Source: Paraphysomonas bandaiensis
Lineage: Eukaryota; Protista; Chrysophyceae
Direction of reading: 5' to 3'
Assembly (NCBI GenBank): GCA_965644295.1
Contig: CBFFRP010000072.1
Span: forward strand, 62,001 to 126,000
DNA length: 64,000 bases
Shown here: positions 26,319-38,602 of the stretch, piece after piece
Position numbering within the stretch: position 1 is the first letter of the stretch
Layout: every line of letters begins with the position of its first letter
The notes under the pieces: model-generated
Databases searched by the model: none
Seen by the model: only the letters and a program-made list of their open reading frames with translations
What the model was told of the DNA's origin: nothing
Position numbers and translations under genes: made by a program

Positions 26319-27848
26319 ATGCCATCCAAGCGTGTTAATAAATCACATCGATCATACTTTACGAAACACATATACAGTAATCCATACATCTTCTATCCCC
26401 TCCTTATAATCACACTAGCAATGACTGTATCATGGCTACTACCAGACATCAATCTATCTAATGCATCTTTATATATTGAAGAAATAAAATGGATGTTATA
26501 TAATCAAAAAAAATATCCACCATCACTTGTTTCATCATTCATGAAATCATCTCATCACATTCAACACTATAAATGGGAGAATAAGAGACAGAGTGATGAA
26601 ATTATCAGTGAGATTGTTAGTCAAAGACAACCTGTTCTTATAAAACAAGGACCTGCATCATCTTGGCCGCTTATAGATTGGGATATTATTGCATTTTTGA
26701 AAAGTGGACAGGATATGGTTTTAGAGGGAGTGCGGTGGCAGAGGGAACCAGTGTTCGTTTTGGGTCGGGAGAGAGAGAAGGGAGGGATGCTTGGCAGCCC
26801 TAAAGATACACCGTTGTTATACGTAAATACTACTATGATGGAGTTTCTTCGGAGCATATTTGATCCCTCACAGTACCTATACATGACTGGTGAGCTCTCG
26901 TGGCTGGAGGCTGCTATAGGAACTCTTGGCACGAAACCGGCACCAGCGACTGCCTCTCCTCGACAGGATTGGCACGCTTTCAGATACATAGAGCCTTCTT
27001 TACGGGATGAACTGGAGGATAGTGATGAAGGAGAGATATGGCGCCCTATGGTGTGGCTCTCGCACCCAGGTGTTGTGGCACAGACCCACTACGATCCGCA
27101 ACACAATTTTCTTTCTCAGCTGCAAGGGTCGAAACGTGTGCTTCTTTTTCCTCCTTCGGAGCCCAATATGTATCTTTATCCTCATATTCATCGTTCTCAT
27201 CGACAGAGCCAACTACATTTGGAGAAAAGGGAGAATAAAAGCGCTGTCAATAGTGAAATCTTCGAAGTAGTGCCTAAAGCAATGGAGGTAGTTCTAAACC
27301 GGGGAGATACTCTTTATATACCCCCTTACTGGCATCACAGGGTTGAGAGTCTCACAATGTCTCTCTCCATTAGCGTGACTTCACCTGCTGCCCTAGAGGC
27401 TGCATTTGCAGAGGTTTATTGGCTCTCTGTGCCCTTCGGGAAGTTTGCTGAGTCTTCAGAGGGTCGAAAGGTCGCAGCAAAGCTATATCTGGGCCTCTTG
27501 CTACACCGCTTAGATCTAGAAAGTAATCTCACTCTTAAACGTTTCTCTCAAGAGCTTTATCGGGACCGGTTTAGGCCTTTATACCCAGAGGAATGGATGG
27601 ATAGAAGAAGGGGTGGAATGGAATGTCCCGGTTTTCCTGGGGAGGGCAGCAAACTAGCAGAACATATCAAAGATACCGCGTCCAGCTTGGAAGAGGTTGT
27701 TGTATCCGCAGTTACTAAACTAAATGCGATAGATGTCCCAGTGCAGTTGAAAAAAATGTTTTTAGGAGATTACGTTGAAGAAATCAGTAGGTGGGCTGTT
27801 GGCCCACCGCAAACCGTATTTTATATTCACGATTGCCTCGGGGCTTAG
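26319..27848 (+). CDS. JmjC/cupin-8 2-oxoglutarate oxygenase with an N-terminal membrane anchor
   Basis: HYD...QLQGSKRVLLFPP...GDTLYIPPYWHHRV Fe-binding triad; hydrophobic segment at aa ~24-41. Confidence 0.85.
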   Translation: MPSKRVNKSHRSYFTKHIYSNPYIFYPLLIITLAMTVSWLLPDINLSNASLYIEEIKWMLYNQKKYPPSLVSSFMKSSHHIQHYKWENKRQSDEIISEIVSQRQPVLIKQGPASSWPLIDWDIIAFLKSGQDMVLEGVRWQREPVFVLGREREKGGMLGSPKDTPLLYVNTTMMEFLRSIFDPSQYLYMTGELSWLEAAIGTLGTKPAPATASPRQDWHAFRYIEPSLRDELEDSDEGEIWRPMVWLSHPGVVAQTHYDPQHNFLSQLQGSKRVLLFPPSEPNMYLYPHIHRSHRQSQLHLEKRENKSAVNSEIFEVVPKAMEVVLNRGDTLYIPPYWHHRVESLTMSLSISVTSPAALEAAFAEVYWLSVPFGKFAESSEGRKVAAKLYLGLLLHRLDLESNLTLKRFSQELYRDRFRPLYPEEWMDRRRGGMECPGFPGEGSKLAEHIKDTASSLEEVVVSAVTKLNAIDVPVQLKKMFLGDYVEEISRWAVGPPQTVFYIHDCLGA

Positions 27849-28570
27849 CTACACTCAGAAATAAATGTAGTAATTAAAAATTCATTTTATCAATCGACTC
27901 TGATAATATAATATATATAATACATTCCTACCTGCAGCATTATAACATGGTAGCTGTCGATTTCCTTGACATAAGCGTTAGAACGTTAGAAAATGACGTA
28001 ATTGAACAATGCTTTCACTCTATCACCATGAGTTAGAAACATATAGTAACATATATATAATAAACTTATGATCCATATCACTTGTCATTCACTGTCAATC
28101 GCTAAATTCATATTGTCTCAACTACCAATCATTTCCATACAATCTTAGATATCACTATCCTTTTTATACGGTCAATATATTTCAGCCTCACTTCTACGAG
28201 TGCTATTATTACATTAGTTCTTATAATACAGTTAACCACTTCTGTTTTCTTCCATTAACAGTGATAATTCAAATATCTTTGAGCAACAGCTTTTAATATT
28301 TCTTAAACATAAAAACTCAACAAAGAGGTATTCATTTCAAATGAATTTCTCGTGCTCTGGTTACTACATACACAACGACGATGAAATCAAAACATATACT
28401 GCATATTCTTTCAAGATTTAACATAATTGGATGGTAAAGGCTTAATTAACTGGATGTAATTCACACTTAATGCTTTAATTATAAATTATGAGCAATCTCA
28501 TTTATCAGTCATTGTCATTCGTCAAATACATATGGTCTCAACTACCAATCATTTTCATACCAGCTTATAC

Positions 28571-29771
28571 CAGGCCCTGGTAACCCCATTACTGATAGTT
28601 TAGTTTCCGGTAACTATAATGAATGGCCATAAATGGCCCATTAATTGCCATTAATACCTAAGTAGATAACACCGCTCATAATAGATAGTGTGGTGCTCCC
28701 TTAAATACTAATTTAGTGTAGTGAAAGTCTTATTATTAGCAATAGGCGTTAAAAACCTGCACCAACTTAGTAGCTAGATGAATGGTAGACAAACTAACTA
28801 GACCTCTACCTGTAACTAATCAGTACACACTTTTTTTATCCTACTATTAAACGCTATGGAAGCTGCTTGTGCGTCACCGCAAGCACCAAGGTGCGACCAC
28901 TTCCACTCTGAGTTATTAAGGTGAACATCCCGGATGCTTGACTTCAGCAGGCAGCCCAATACCCCGGTTACCCTTGAGGTGGGCCCTGTCCCGGCTGCCC
29001 TTGAGGTGGGCCCATTCCTGGATGCCTGTTTATTCGTCAGGGCCCAAAGAGGTCTACACAAGTGACACTTATTGGGGTCCCTTGTACCACACAAGCATTC
29101 GGCTATGAGTGGACAGCAGAACAATATCTGCTGACTATGTTTGCGGCTCACGTTAGTTTCCCAGAGAGAATCTCTCCGGTACTTATCCCCCAAAACACCA
29201 CGAAAAGGTGCGAGTCCGACTTTGTTGAGGGACTAATTTAGTGTAATAACAAACAACGAATCGTAACTACTTCTCGCTCTCCACTGGTACATCAGGATCT
29301 TCTTGCAGAGAGGGCTTCGTGTAGGGCATTAGCATCCCACAACATGTAATTGGCTCGTCGGAATAGCAACGATTCTAGACGATAAATTATATTTATATGA
29401 ATGAAATCTAGGTGAAATATGCATACTTTCAATGCTTTTTTAAAAGTTTTTGCGTATGAGTACGTTGTTATATGTTGTTGCTCAGGAAAATGTTTTCTAA
29501 CTCCTATAGCATTAAGTTTTTGCCACTGATAATGAATAGAGTTGCGACAAAGTAGCTATAGAGTTGCATGAACATTGCTTAACATTGTTTAGATTTCACT
29601 TTTAGTTCTATATATGGCATATATCAAGTACCAGTACACTCCATTGTTGGGAAGCCATTAATGGCAGTCCAGTTCCCGTAATTATTACGGCATTACCGAA
29701 AATGTCCCGGCAATTATAATTCATTAATAGCCCATTAATGCCATTGCCATTTTAACGGCTACCAGGCTCTG
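28571..29771. mobile_element. Non-autonomous hAT DNA transposon with an 8-bp TSD and a nested insertion
   Basis: TSD GCTTATAC at 28563-28570 and 29772-29779. Imperfect TIRs CAGGCCCTGGTAACC / CAGAGCCTGGTAGCC (rc). CCATTAA-type subterminal repeats at both ends. Homologous to 4925-5320. Confidence 0.88.
28721..29231 (-). mobile_element. 5'-truncated non-LTR-retroelement-like insertion nested in the hAT element
   Basis: Perfect 14-bp TSD ACTAATTTAGTGTA (28707-28720 / 29232-29245). The insert is absent from the paralogous hAT copy near 5000. A second copy lies at 41570-41860. Confidence 0.8.
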
Positions 29772-30452
29772 GCTTATACAGTCCATATTAAAATTTGGAT
29801 TATACTCTAGTATATTTCAGTGTGGCACTTGAAGACAATGTACGAGAATACAGTGAAGTATGGTGATGTACTAATGCTATACTGATATTGAGAAACTGAA
29901 ATAGTGTCCCCTTTCAAGATATGTTTAGTAGTGACAGATTCACACATGTAGGAGATAATGCGTGGAGCAAAATGAGATTGTGTTGTTTGTCACATTTTTG
30001 TGTAAATGATATTAATTCATCTATCTAATCTAAAGACAAATTCTCTGCGATCTAGTTAAAGAATGAGCATTTTCCAACAGAGTACATATATTTATATATC
30101 TAGTTTGATTACAATTAACTTCTCTTAACGATCTTAGTTGTGAAAATGACCAATAGCCAATAAAGAGGTGCCTTACAAAGATTATTTATATATAAGTAAG
30201 TACAGTTCAAGAAGTTATGACTCATCATCGTCTCTACGTTTTGTTTTAAATTTACAACTTCACCATAATCGTTAATAGAACGGTAGATACTTATCAGCAC
30301 AACACTATCAGCTAGAAATTGCACCAGATACGTAACATATTGCTAAATAAAAACAGCCACGCTGCTGTGAAGGTAGTCTGTCACCAACCGACACTTTAGA
30401 ACAGGGAATATTCATTTTCGAAAGAACTTAGCAAAGAGTGAAATGTATCATG

Positions 30453-32632
30453 CTAACAGACTATATCCTCAGTGAGATAAACACGGACGACATCTTGGAT
30501 AACAAACACAACGTACAGGACGAACATTGCGCCTCCCAATGAGTAGTCCATTTTCCAGCCGGACGCCATGATGGATAATATGACGGCAGCAACCATACCA
30601 ACCAAAACGATGACTGATATGAAGAGGTTGTCAGCCCCCACAACGACCGGGCAGTCCATAATAATATTGAAGAGCATCCAGGGAACTGGTAGTCCCACAC
30701 ACACGTCAAATATATTACTTCCAATGGAAGATGACACTGCCATATCCCCCTTGCCTGCCTTTGCCACAACTACAGAAGAGAGTAGGTCCGGGATACTTGT
30801 TCCAGCTGCCAATACTGTCAACCCCATTACCACAGATGGTACTCCAATGGTTGCACCTATGATCTCAATCCAGTCTACCACAAGATATGAGTACGCGCCA
30901 ATCCAAGCAATAGACAAAACGAACTGGTAGTAACACCACCCTCCGTTTCCAGGTATGCGGACGTCCTTCACACCAACTGTACATGCTAGAGTCCAGGTTA
31001 TGGGCGCCAGAAACAAGTACATAGCATTCGCACGTGTGTTTTCTTTAGGAAAGTCTAAAAGCTCCCCCCATATCCCCTCCGCCGATTCAGCTGCTATTTC
31101 AGCATCGTGCTGCATTTCCTTCCAGTAGGTGCTATGCTCAAACCAATCTGAAAACTCAGAGTATGTGATGGTATCCTTTCCCATTGCGGAGGTACGAGGG
31201 CCATTTTTAACCATCTCGAAGTCCCGGGATTCACTGAACTCCTCGCAAATAATTTGATCTTTATCACTCTGTGCTCTTGCAGGGCGACCCAGGCACAGAC
31301 ACTGTATAGCCTCCTCTAAACCCTCTTGTGTATATTGTATATTGAGGTTATCCAGCAGAGTGCCTAGCATGCTAAGAGGAATTCTTCCAGAGTTATCAAC
31401 ATCCAATTCGTCGAAAACACGTTTTTCTTCATTTTTCAGTCTTTCTTCCGATTTCACATACCACACAGTAAATTCTGCAAAATCCACCACACCATTCTGG
31501 TCAACATCAAGCTCTTTCATGATATCTCGCACATGATCGTCCGAAATTGTCACACCTGGATTAGTGTCATAGAGATCAACCAAAAGCTGCTTCAGTTCCA
31601 TCGCATCAATAGTTCCTGAACCGTCTGTGTCCAGTTTATCGAACACAGCTCTTACATCCCCGTCGATGACCTTCACACAGTGCACAGCAGCAGTATCGAA
31701 AATGGAGCCATCCTGAGTCAGTAACTGCACGAAACCAGCCCTATAGTGGGAGGGAAATTGGGCAGCCCCACGGGGTGAAGTCACGTCAGTTAGTAGTAGA
31801 TCGCCTCCTTCATCACTGTTTTTGTCATCGCCAGAAATACCCGTAGATTGGTTGAAATAATTATAAAGTTCACCATTGTACGCCATAATGGTGCAGTATA
31901 TAAGGTAGAGCATGAATAAAAACGCAGCTTCCCAAGCTTCAATAATACCAGGTGAATTGACTCCGAAAACTATAGCCACCATTAAAAGACAGACTATATA
32001 ACAGAAACAATCTCGAGCGAGAGGCCATCCAGTGAGCTTAAGAGGAGATAGTTCACGGGGAGTACAGAGGACGCAACAGGCTATCACGAAAAGTACATTG
32101 AACACTGCCGACCCCACAATTGTACCGAAACCAACATCTGATCCACGAAAAGTACCAATTAGAGAAGTTGCTAGCTCTGGAGCAGAGCCACCAGCCGCCA
32201 TAAGTGTCGCACCCGCAACATCATCACTCATATTCCATGTAGAACCGATCTCTTCAAGAGCAGGAACAAAAAACTCATCGCACACGATAGCAAGTGCAAT
32301 GAATAAGTACAACGCACCAACAGCGTAAAGTACTGCGACTTCAGCTTGAGTACCCTATCGAAACAATAGTCAATACATTTGATATGATTCGATTGCACAT
32401 ATGACACCTTCGGACAACCGCTATCGCCATCATCATCATCCGGTTCACAAAAAGCGCTTCGAAGATTCCTTCCGTTCACTGTGTCGTTAATGTTCAATAC
32501 TCGTAACGCAAAGTCCATAAGAGGCTCCCTATATACGAGACAGATAGCAAGGAGTAGGCATATAGTAAAGAAGGAAGGGAGGTATGGACTGGATTTGATT
32601 GGAGCCCTTACAAATACGCGCTTATGTTTCAT
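30453..32632 (-). CDS. K+-dependent Na+/Ca2+ exchanger (NCKX/SLC24-like) with EF-hands in the central loop, 1 intron
   Basis: Alpha-1 AGATLMAAGGSAPEL and GSAVFN; alpha-2 AAGTSIPD and GSNIFD; EF-hands DTDGSGTIDAME and DVDQNGVVDFAE. Confidence 0.92.
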
Positions 32633-33964
32633 AGTTTAATAGTTAGGTACAATAAGATAATCTATCCACAAATAGGCACTATGAGGGTGTTATACGTTAC
32701 TTGTCTTACTTACAATCCATATGAACTTGATTATATATAGTACCGCAAGATTTTATTGTATAATAGTAAACTTTAAAGCATATATATGTGTGGGTTGATC
32801 TCTATATGATCGCACCTGTAAAGGTAACGTTCGTTCCATTCCTCATCACAGTAACCGTATGTAGAATACTGGAATACGTCACTTTTCTATTGGAATACAT
32901 ACACAGTACGGGTAGATCTGTATAGAATATGAGGGTCCAGCAGTGTATGTATGCGTATACCACAGCAGTATATGGATGGGTACGTTGGACTACGTGTTCT
33001 CCTCAACGGTCAATCCTAACGGTAATAAGAGACACGAAATTACATAAATATCCACCTATCCATCCATTCTTTACCCTCATCCATATCTAGTTTGCTTCCG
33101 ACTTCCTAGAAAGGTTAGAATTTACTTGTTAAATAAGCTTATACTTAGAAGACTGAAATGTACATGTGGATATGCTGCACGCTATAGTATCTGGCCCCTA
33201 CTAAACCTATGTCGCGTATGCGGCTGTCTGATTCGTGGAATCATAGTAGTAGGACTGCTACAGGTGCGACGCACATTCGTTGGTGTATGCAATACAAAGC
33301 CCTATCAAGTATACTCGTGTCGGCTGCATACCTCGGAGTAGGGAGAATTAGAAAAGTTTATTCATTCGACAACAAAATACAAGTTTAAGGTCATATCTTA
33401 GATTAGAAATTTGTAAATTTTTCACACGTTGTCGTACAGTTTTTACAGCTAAGAATACTAAGAGTACTGAGTACTGTCCCGATTGTGTAAGTCGCATTGC
33501 GTAAATTGTAAAAACACATTACCTTCAGGTCTTACGTCTTAGTACCGTATAACGGATTTGTAACAATTGTCATTACTTAACACTGTCGTCGAGTTATGGT
33601 CATTGAAACTTCTCCATTTAGAATGTGTACTAGTATAAACTATAACTATATACTCTACCTAAACAATGCATGATCGATTGTGTATATTGAATACTACCTA
33701 TATCTATGAATTTATATACTGCTATCCATGGTAATACTATATTTTTCAACTGCAAGTGAATACTAGCTATAACGGAGGATTTCAAATTTCGATGATTATG
33801 TCATCTTTCTCTTTGGAGGATATCGTGCATGCGGTTTTTACAGTATTACAAATTATTTAAAGCCATAAAAATTAAAGATTTAACTCACATTGGCATAGAT
33901 AAGCGGCAATAAAATTACATATCACATATTTAGTAGCATTGAGGCTTTAGAACAAACTACAGAA

Positions 33965-35354
33965 TCACAGTCTTACCCCACCCTCTCTATTCGTGGGAGA
34001 TGTTCTGTTTTTCGCCTGCACTCGTCGGAGAGCGGCCCTATTGGCTTTCCCTGTCGGCGAGTATAAATACTCTAAAAGTGCCTGTATGTCTCCGCCACGT
34101 GTCTCTAGCTGTTTACGCAGGTCGCGCTGTGACATTTCAGGAAATAGAACACACAATGCATCTACGGTACGGTCATCGGGGGGTGCAGAAGAAACATTAG
34201 AAGTAGAGCTCGTGGTAGTTATAGAACCGTTTCCCCAAGATGAAGACCACGTAGATATCGTCGGTTTGAGAGAGCGGGAAAACGTGCGCAGCAGAGCGAG
34301 TGAGGAGCATACAATAAGAATATGGGGAAGGATATGGATACAACTGCAAAGATAAGCCCACGATGACACCACTATACTTTCTCGCATTGCAGACACAGTG
34401 CGTTGAATATACTGATAGTCGCATGCATGTTGCCCAGCCATACATGACTGCACCATACCCATGTACTTTTCTGTCGAAGGGTCCCGTATAAGATTTCTGT
34501 TAATGGTCGTGATAGTGTACGCCTGAGCAAGAAGTACCTCTAGACAAAAGTCCAGATATGGATCCGCAATGTAAGTAGCGGTAGAATAGAGATAACCAAC
34601 CACGAGAGCGCTGGCAAGTGGAAGTATTCCAGAAGGGAGAGAGGATCGTAGCATAAATAGGGCAATGATAAGGCATCCGGCTGATACCTTGGGCAGGCTA
34701 ACCATCGCAGATACTGTACCCACGATACAAAGAGTAATCGTTATCCAATTTGTCACTAGTACTATAAGCACTCCATACAGAACAGAAAAGATACCCTTTG
34801 CAATGTCTCTTAGCAGTAGATAGCATGCAATTGCGTATAGCGGAGACACACACAAAAGAAGCATTTTAATATGAGGAGTATCCTGCATCATGTAAAGGGT
34901 CACAGTTGCGATCCCGACTAATAACCACAATCCTACACACTTCCAGGACCACTCTGCTGTACCCTTTGTTTGGAACAATGGTCTAAGCATACTAACAACG
35001 CAAACAAGCAACACAACGCCGACAGCAATGTCAGCAAGGGGTACATCAATTTCTCCAACTTCTACTGAGCTCCGCCGTGGACCATTGCTTTTCTTACGAG
35101 CCGCAGACTTTAATACTCTATAAGCATCATTGATCTCTCGCTGATGCTCTGTATACATAGCTTTCCTCTCATCTGAGCATATACCGTACTTACCGCACTT
35201 ATCTATAGACAAGATGAGACAGAGAGTAGCATATGGAGAGGGTTACTATGCCTGGATGCCAAGCTTTGGATAGCTCTCTATATCTCGCTGTAATATACTC
35301 TTCATCATCATCAATAGACGCACCAAGCACACGATGACAGTCCGATAAATCCAT
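33965..35354 (-). CDS. J-domain (DnaJ-like) multi-pass membrane protein with a possible C-terminal CUE-like domain; GC-AG intron 35203-35251
   Basis: MDLSDCHRVLGA...YRELSKAWHP|DK...QREINDAYRVLK; many hydrophobic segments; LCVLFPEM...LETRGGDIQALLEYL resembles CUE. Confidence 0.75.
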
Positions 35355-36424
35355 CCTTCACTGTTGCATGAAAGGATCACCAGGTGATCTCTACTCAACT
35401 ATAATAATAAGGATATCTATAATATAATGATGACTTAGTGATAGCACACAGCGATATATAATACCACAGTAGAGTGAGTATAAATATGAAATTCAATGAC
35501 TCGAACTTTAACTCACTTCACTGCAACTTCGTTCACTTCTTTTCTATCACTTCTTGTATATATGTATGTATGTATATATGGCATGGTACACTGCTGTGTA
35601 TGACATGGATATATGCTTGTATGTATATACAAGCTGTATTCCTTGTATATTTACGTATTCTAGTGATTGTGTAAGGTGGAAAAGGACATGAATGGGACAA
35701 AGTAACTGCGCTCTAGATGCATCCACTCATGATATACCAAAACATAAATCACTCATCATTGTTATAATGAGAGTGAACTTTGCATGAACTTGCTGGAGCT
35801 AATTTCAACTCTGCGCGCAATGATCCTATGGAAGAAAAATCATAATTCACAATTACTCTCCTTCAGGAGGGCCACATTATGCAAGATGCGTTACTCTTTA
35901 ACAATAAGTATATTGCTGTTAATTTAAATATTAGTCCTCTTGCCGTACTATGAACTGAGATTATATATGTGAATTTCATCATGTGTCGTGGCTGTACTAT
36001 ATAACTCTGTCGTCGTATCGTGTTTATGAACTTTCTTTTATTATTATTTCCCAATATTGAATATGCCAATTACTTTGTGACTACTAATTAAAATATGCCC
36101 GCCGAGGGCCCTCCATTCTCAGATCAAAGCTGTATTACAGGTGGTGGTTCACAACGATTACATATATGAAATGTTAGGTCTATAGCAAGTATATGAATCT
36201 ATTATACTTAAGAAAAGAGCATCATGGCTAGCATGATTTGTTTCTCGGGGCTACGTAAACAACATTATTTTCATGCATTGCAACTTAGTAAAGCAAAATT
36301 AAATTTAAAACATTAAGCATGGCTATACCGGAGATGTAGATTTCAAACAAAACAATATTATTGAGTATATTCACTCATTTCACAAATTAAGTAACAAATG
36401 GATTTATTGTCATAAATGTAGAAA

Positions 36425-37441
36425 TCATTGTGTATTGTCCACTGCAATTGTAGAGTAGTTACTGTGTCCTTCCATGTCAAGTGGTATGGTGTCTTCCCAC
36501 AGCCCCATTGCTCCTTCTCCATTGCCCTTGCACCATGCGCGAATCATACCAGAGGAGTTGAACTCCATTTCCATCTGACCAGTACAGTCAATTGCAATCA
36601 TGCCACCAGTATTCGGAGGGAGAACGGTATGTACCGTTTCCCGTACTGCCTCCGTTAAAGATTTTCCAGCATAAGACATACGGCATGAAACATCATACGC
36701 AGCCATGTATCGCATAAACTGCTCTCCTTTTCCAGTACAACTTACTGCACACGTCGCATCGTTAGCGTAATTCCCGACACCACATATTGGGCTATCGCCA
36801 ACCCGTCCACAGAGTTTATTCGTCAGTCCTCCTGTGCTTGTTGCAGCGGCAATGTGACCCTTGTAGAAACAAACACACCCTACAGTGCCAGTACTGTCGT
36901 CCTTTCCACCTTCTGTTTCAGGTTGCAAAAGGTCATGGTCGTTAAACACTCCAGCTGTGTTTCGTGCCATCTCTAACTGATCCATGCGTTTTTTACTGTG
37001 GAAGTACTCCTGACTGACCTTTTCAATGTCGTGAACGTCAGCCAAAGATTCTGCCCCCTCACCTACCATTAGTAAATGACTTGTTTTCTCCATAACTACC
37101 CTTGCCAATGCAACAGGATTCTTTATAGACTTAACCATCGCAACAGCCCCACTGTGCAGTGTAGATCCATCCATTATACTCGCCTCCATCTCATGGGTCT
37201 CTTTTTCCGTATATACAGATCCACATCCGGCATTAAACGTACGCTCATCTTCAAATAACTTGACAGCATATTCAGCTACATCGACAGCAGTTCTATCACT
37301 GTGTTGGAGACCCTCTCTTGCATACTCATATGTCTTGCGGACTATCTCTCCAAGGGGGTTATAATACACACTGGCATCGATAGTTTTGGCAATATCGCCC
37401 GCACCACCATGCAAAACAAACCCAAAATCTGAACTGCTCAT
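36425..37441 (-). CDS. Isoaspartyl peptidase/L-asparaginase (Ntn hydrolase, asparaginase type 2)
   Basis: Motifs HGGAG, FNAGCGS, EMEASIMDG, GTVG (nucleophile Thr), ATSTGG, GRVGDSP and TGKGE. Confidence 0.92.
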   Translation of the reverse strand: MSSSDFGFVLHGGAGDIAKTIDASVYYNPLGEIVRKTYEYAREGLQHSDRTAVDVAEYAVKLFEDERTFNAGCGSVYTEKETHEMEASIMDGSTLHSGAVAMVKSIKNPVALARVVMEKTSHLLMVGEGAESLADVHDIEKVSQEYFHSKKRMDQLEMARNTAGVFNDHDLLQPETEGGKDDSTGTVGCVCFYKGHIAAATSTGGLTNKLCGRVGDSPICGVGNYANDATCAVSCTGKGEQFMRYMAAYDVSCRMSYAGKSLTEAVRETVHTVLPPNTGGMIAIDCTGQMEMEFNSSGMIRAWCKGNGEGAMGLWEDTIPLDMEGHSNYSTIAVDNTQ

Positions 37442-38602
37442 TTGTATGATGTTCAATGCAAGTGGTAATATGTATAGAGATATGCACATATATATACAAT
37501 CACAGCATCTGACAACAGGCAGCATACTATGTATAAAAAAACACGTGTCACTTATACTTCTATCATCTGGTAGAAGAAGAATATGTTATAGCCAATCATT
37601 TGAGAGATGGCGTTATTAGAGCTATATGATAGGCTGTGTTCAACAGTTGAAAGATCATACCTGCACTTGCTTGAAATAGCCGGACATGCATCTACATATG
37701 AACTCTAGAACTGCCATGTCATGAACTAATAATGAAATTAACTGCTATCGTAGTTGAACTCGTGATACCTCCGCTTACAGATTAATTTACTCATAATCTA
37801 TTCGTTCTTCTAATAATGAATGTGTGCAAAGAATGGGTAGTGCTTACTCTGATATATTCCTACAAGAGTTGAGAGTTGGAGTGGTAGATGTATTAAACCT
37901 TGTGAAAAGTTTGACATCATTTCCGCTAAGTACCACACGAATTGACATAATTAAAAAGCTTCAATGGCAAGTGATGCAGCTTATGTCTGAGTAGTATGTA
38001 GTATATAGCACTGTGAGAAATTTCAGACCACTTGTGCTCAACGAGACAAGTTGTGGTACGTTTCGAGAATAGAATATTAAGAGTTAAAACTAATTCTGAT
38101 TAAGGCTATTTCACTCTAGTTGCTTGAATTGATATTACATCATCAATCCGTTTTAGATCCGACGGAACGTGCATATAGGTTTCCACACATGAACGATAGT
38201 AAAATTGCCTTCAAATAATATATGTTGCAATATCATGTTGACGACAAGTATGATATACAATGTCGTTTTCGGTGTTTTCATGTCCACTCAATGTGTCAAT
38301 AGTCAATATCATCTTGCGTACTTGGTAGCTGTGTGCATCACTATTGTTACTCTGCATTCAGCTTTCACACCTTACTTTTCTATGAAAATATACGTATTAC
38401 CCCTGATTGTAAATTTCATTATTATTCACGCATGCATTTTATTTATTGGAACCTCGCACTGTGTCGTTTGTTGATTGTCGTGGGTGGTTTAAACAGGCAT
38501 GAAGAAGGCCTGAGTCTTGAATGCAATTCTAGTATTTCTTACTACTTAGAACAGTTCATATATAAAAATATTTACATTAGTAATTTATAGAGGGAATATT
38601 AA

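Noticed and set aside
28721-29231. Solo LTR interpretation (starts near TGAAAG)
   Set aside because: There is no CA terminus or inverted ends, the TSD is 14 bp, and the copies are truncated at variable positions on one side.
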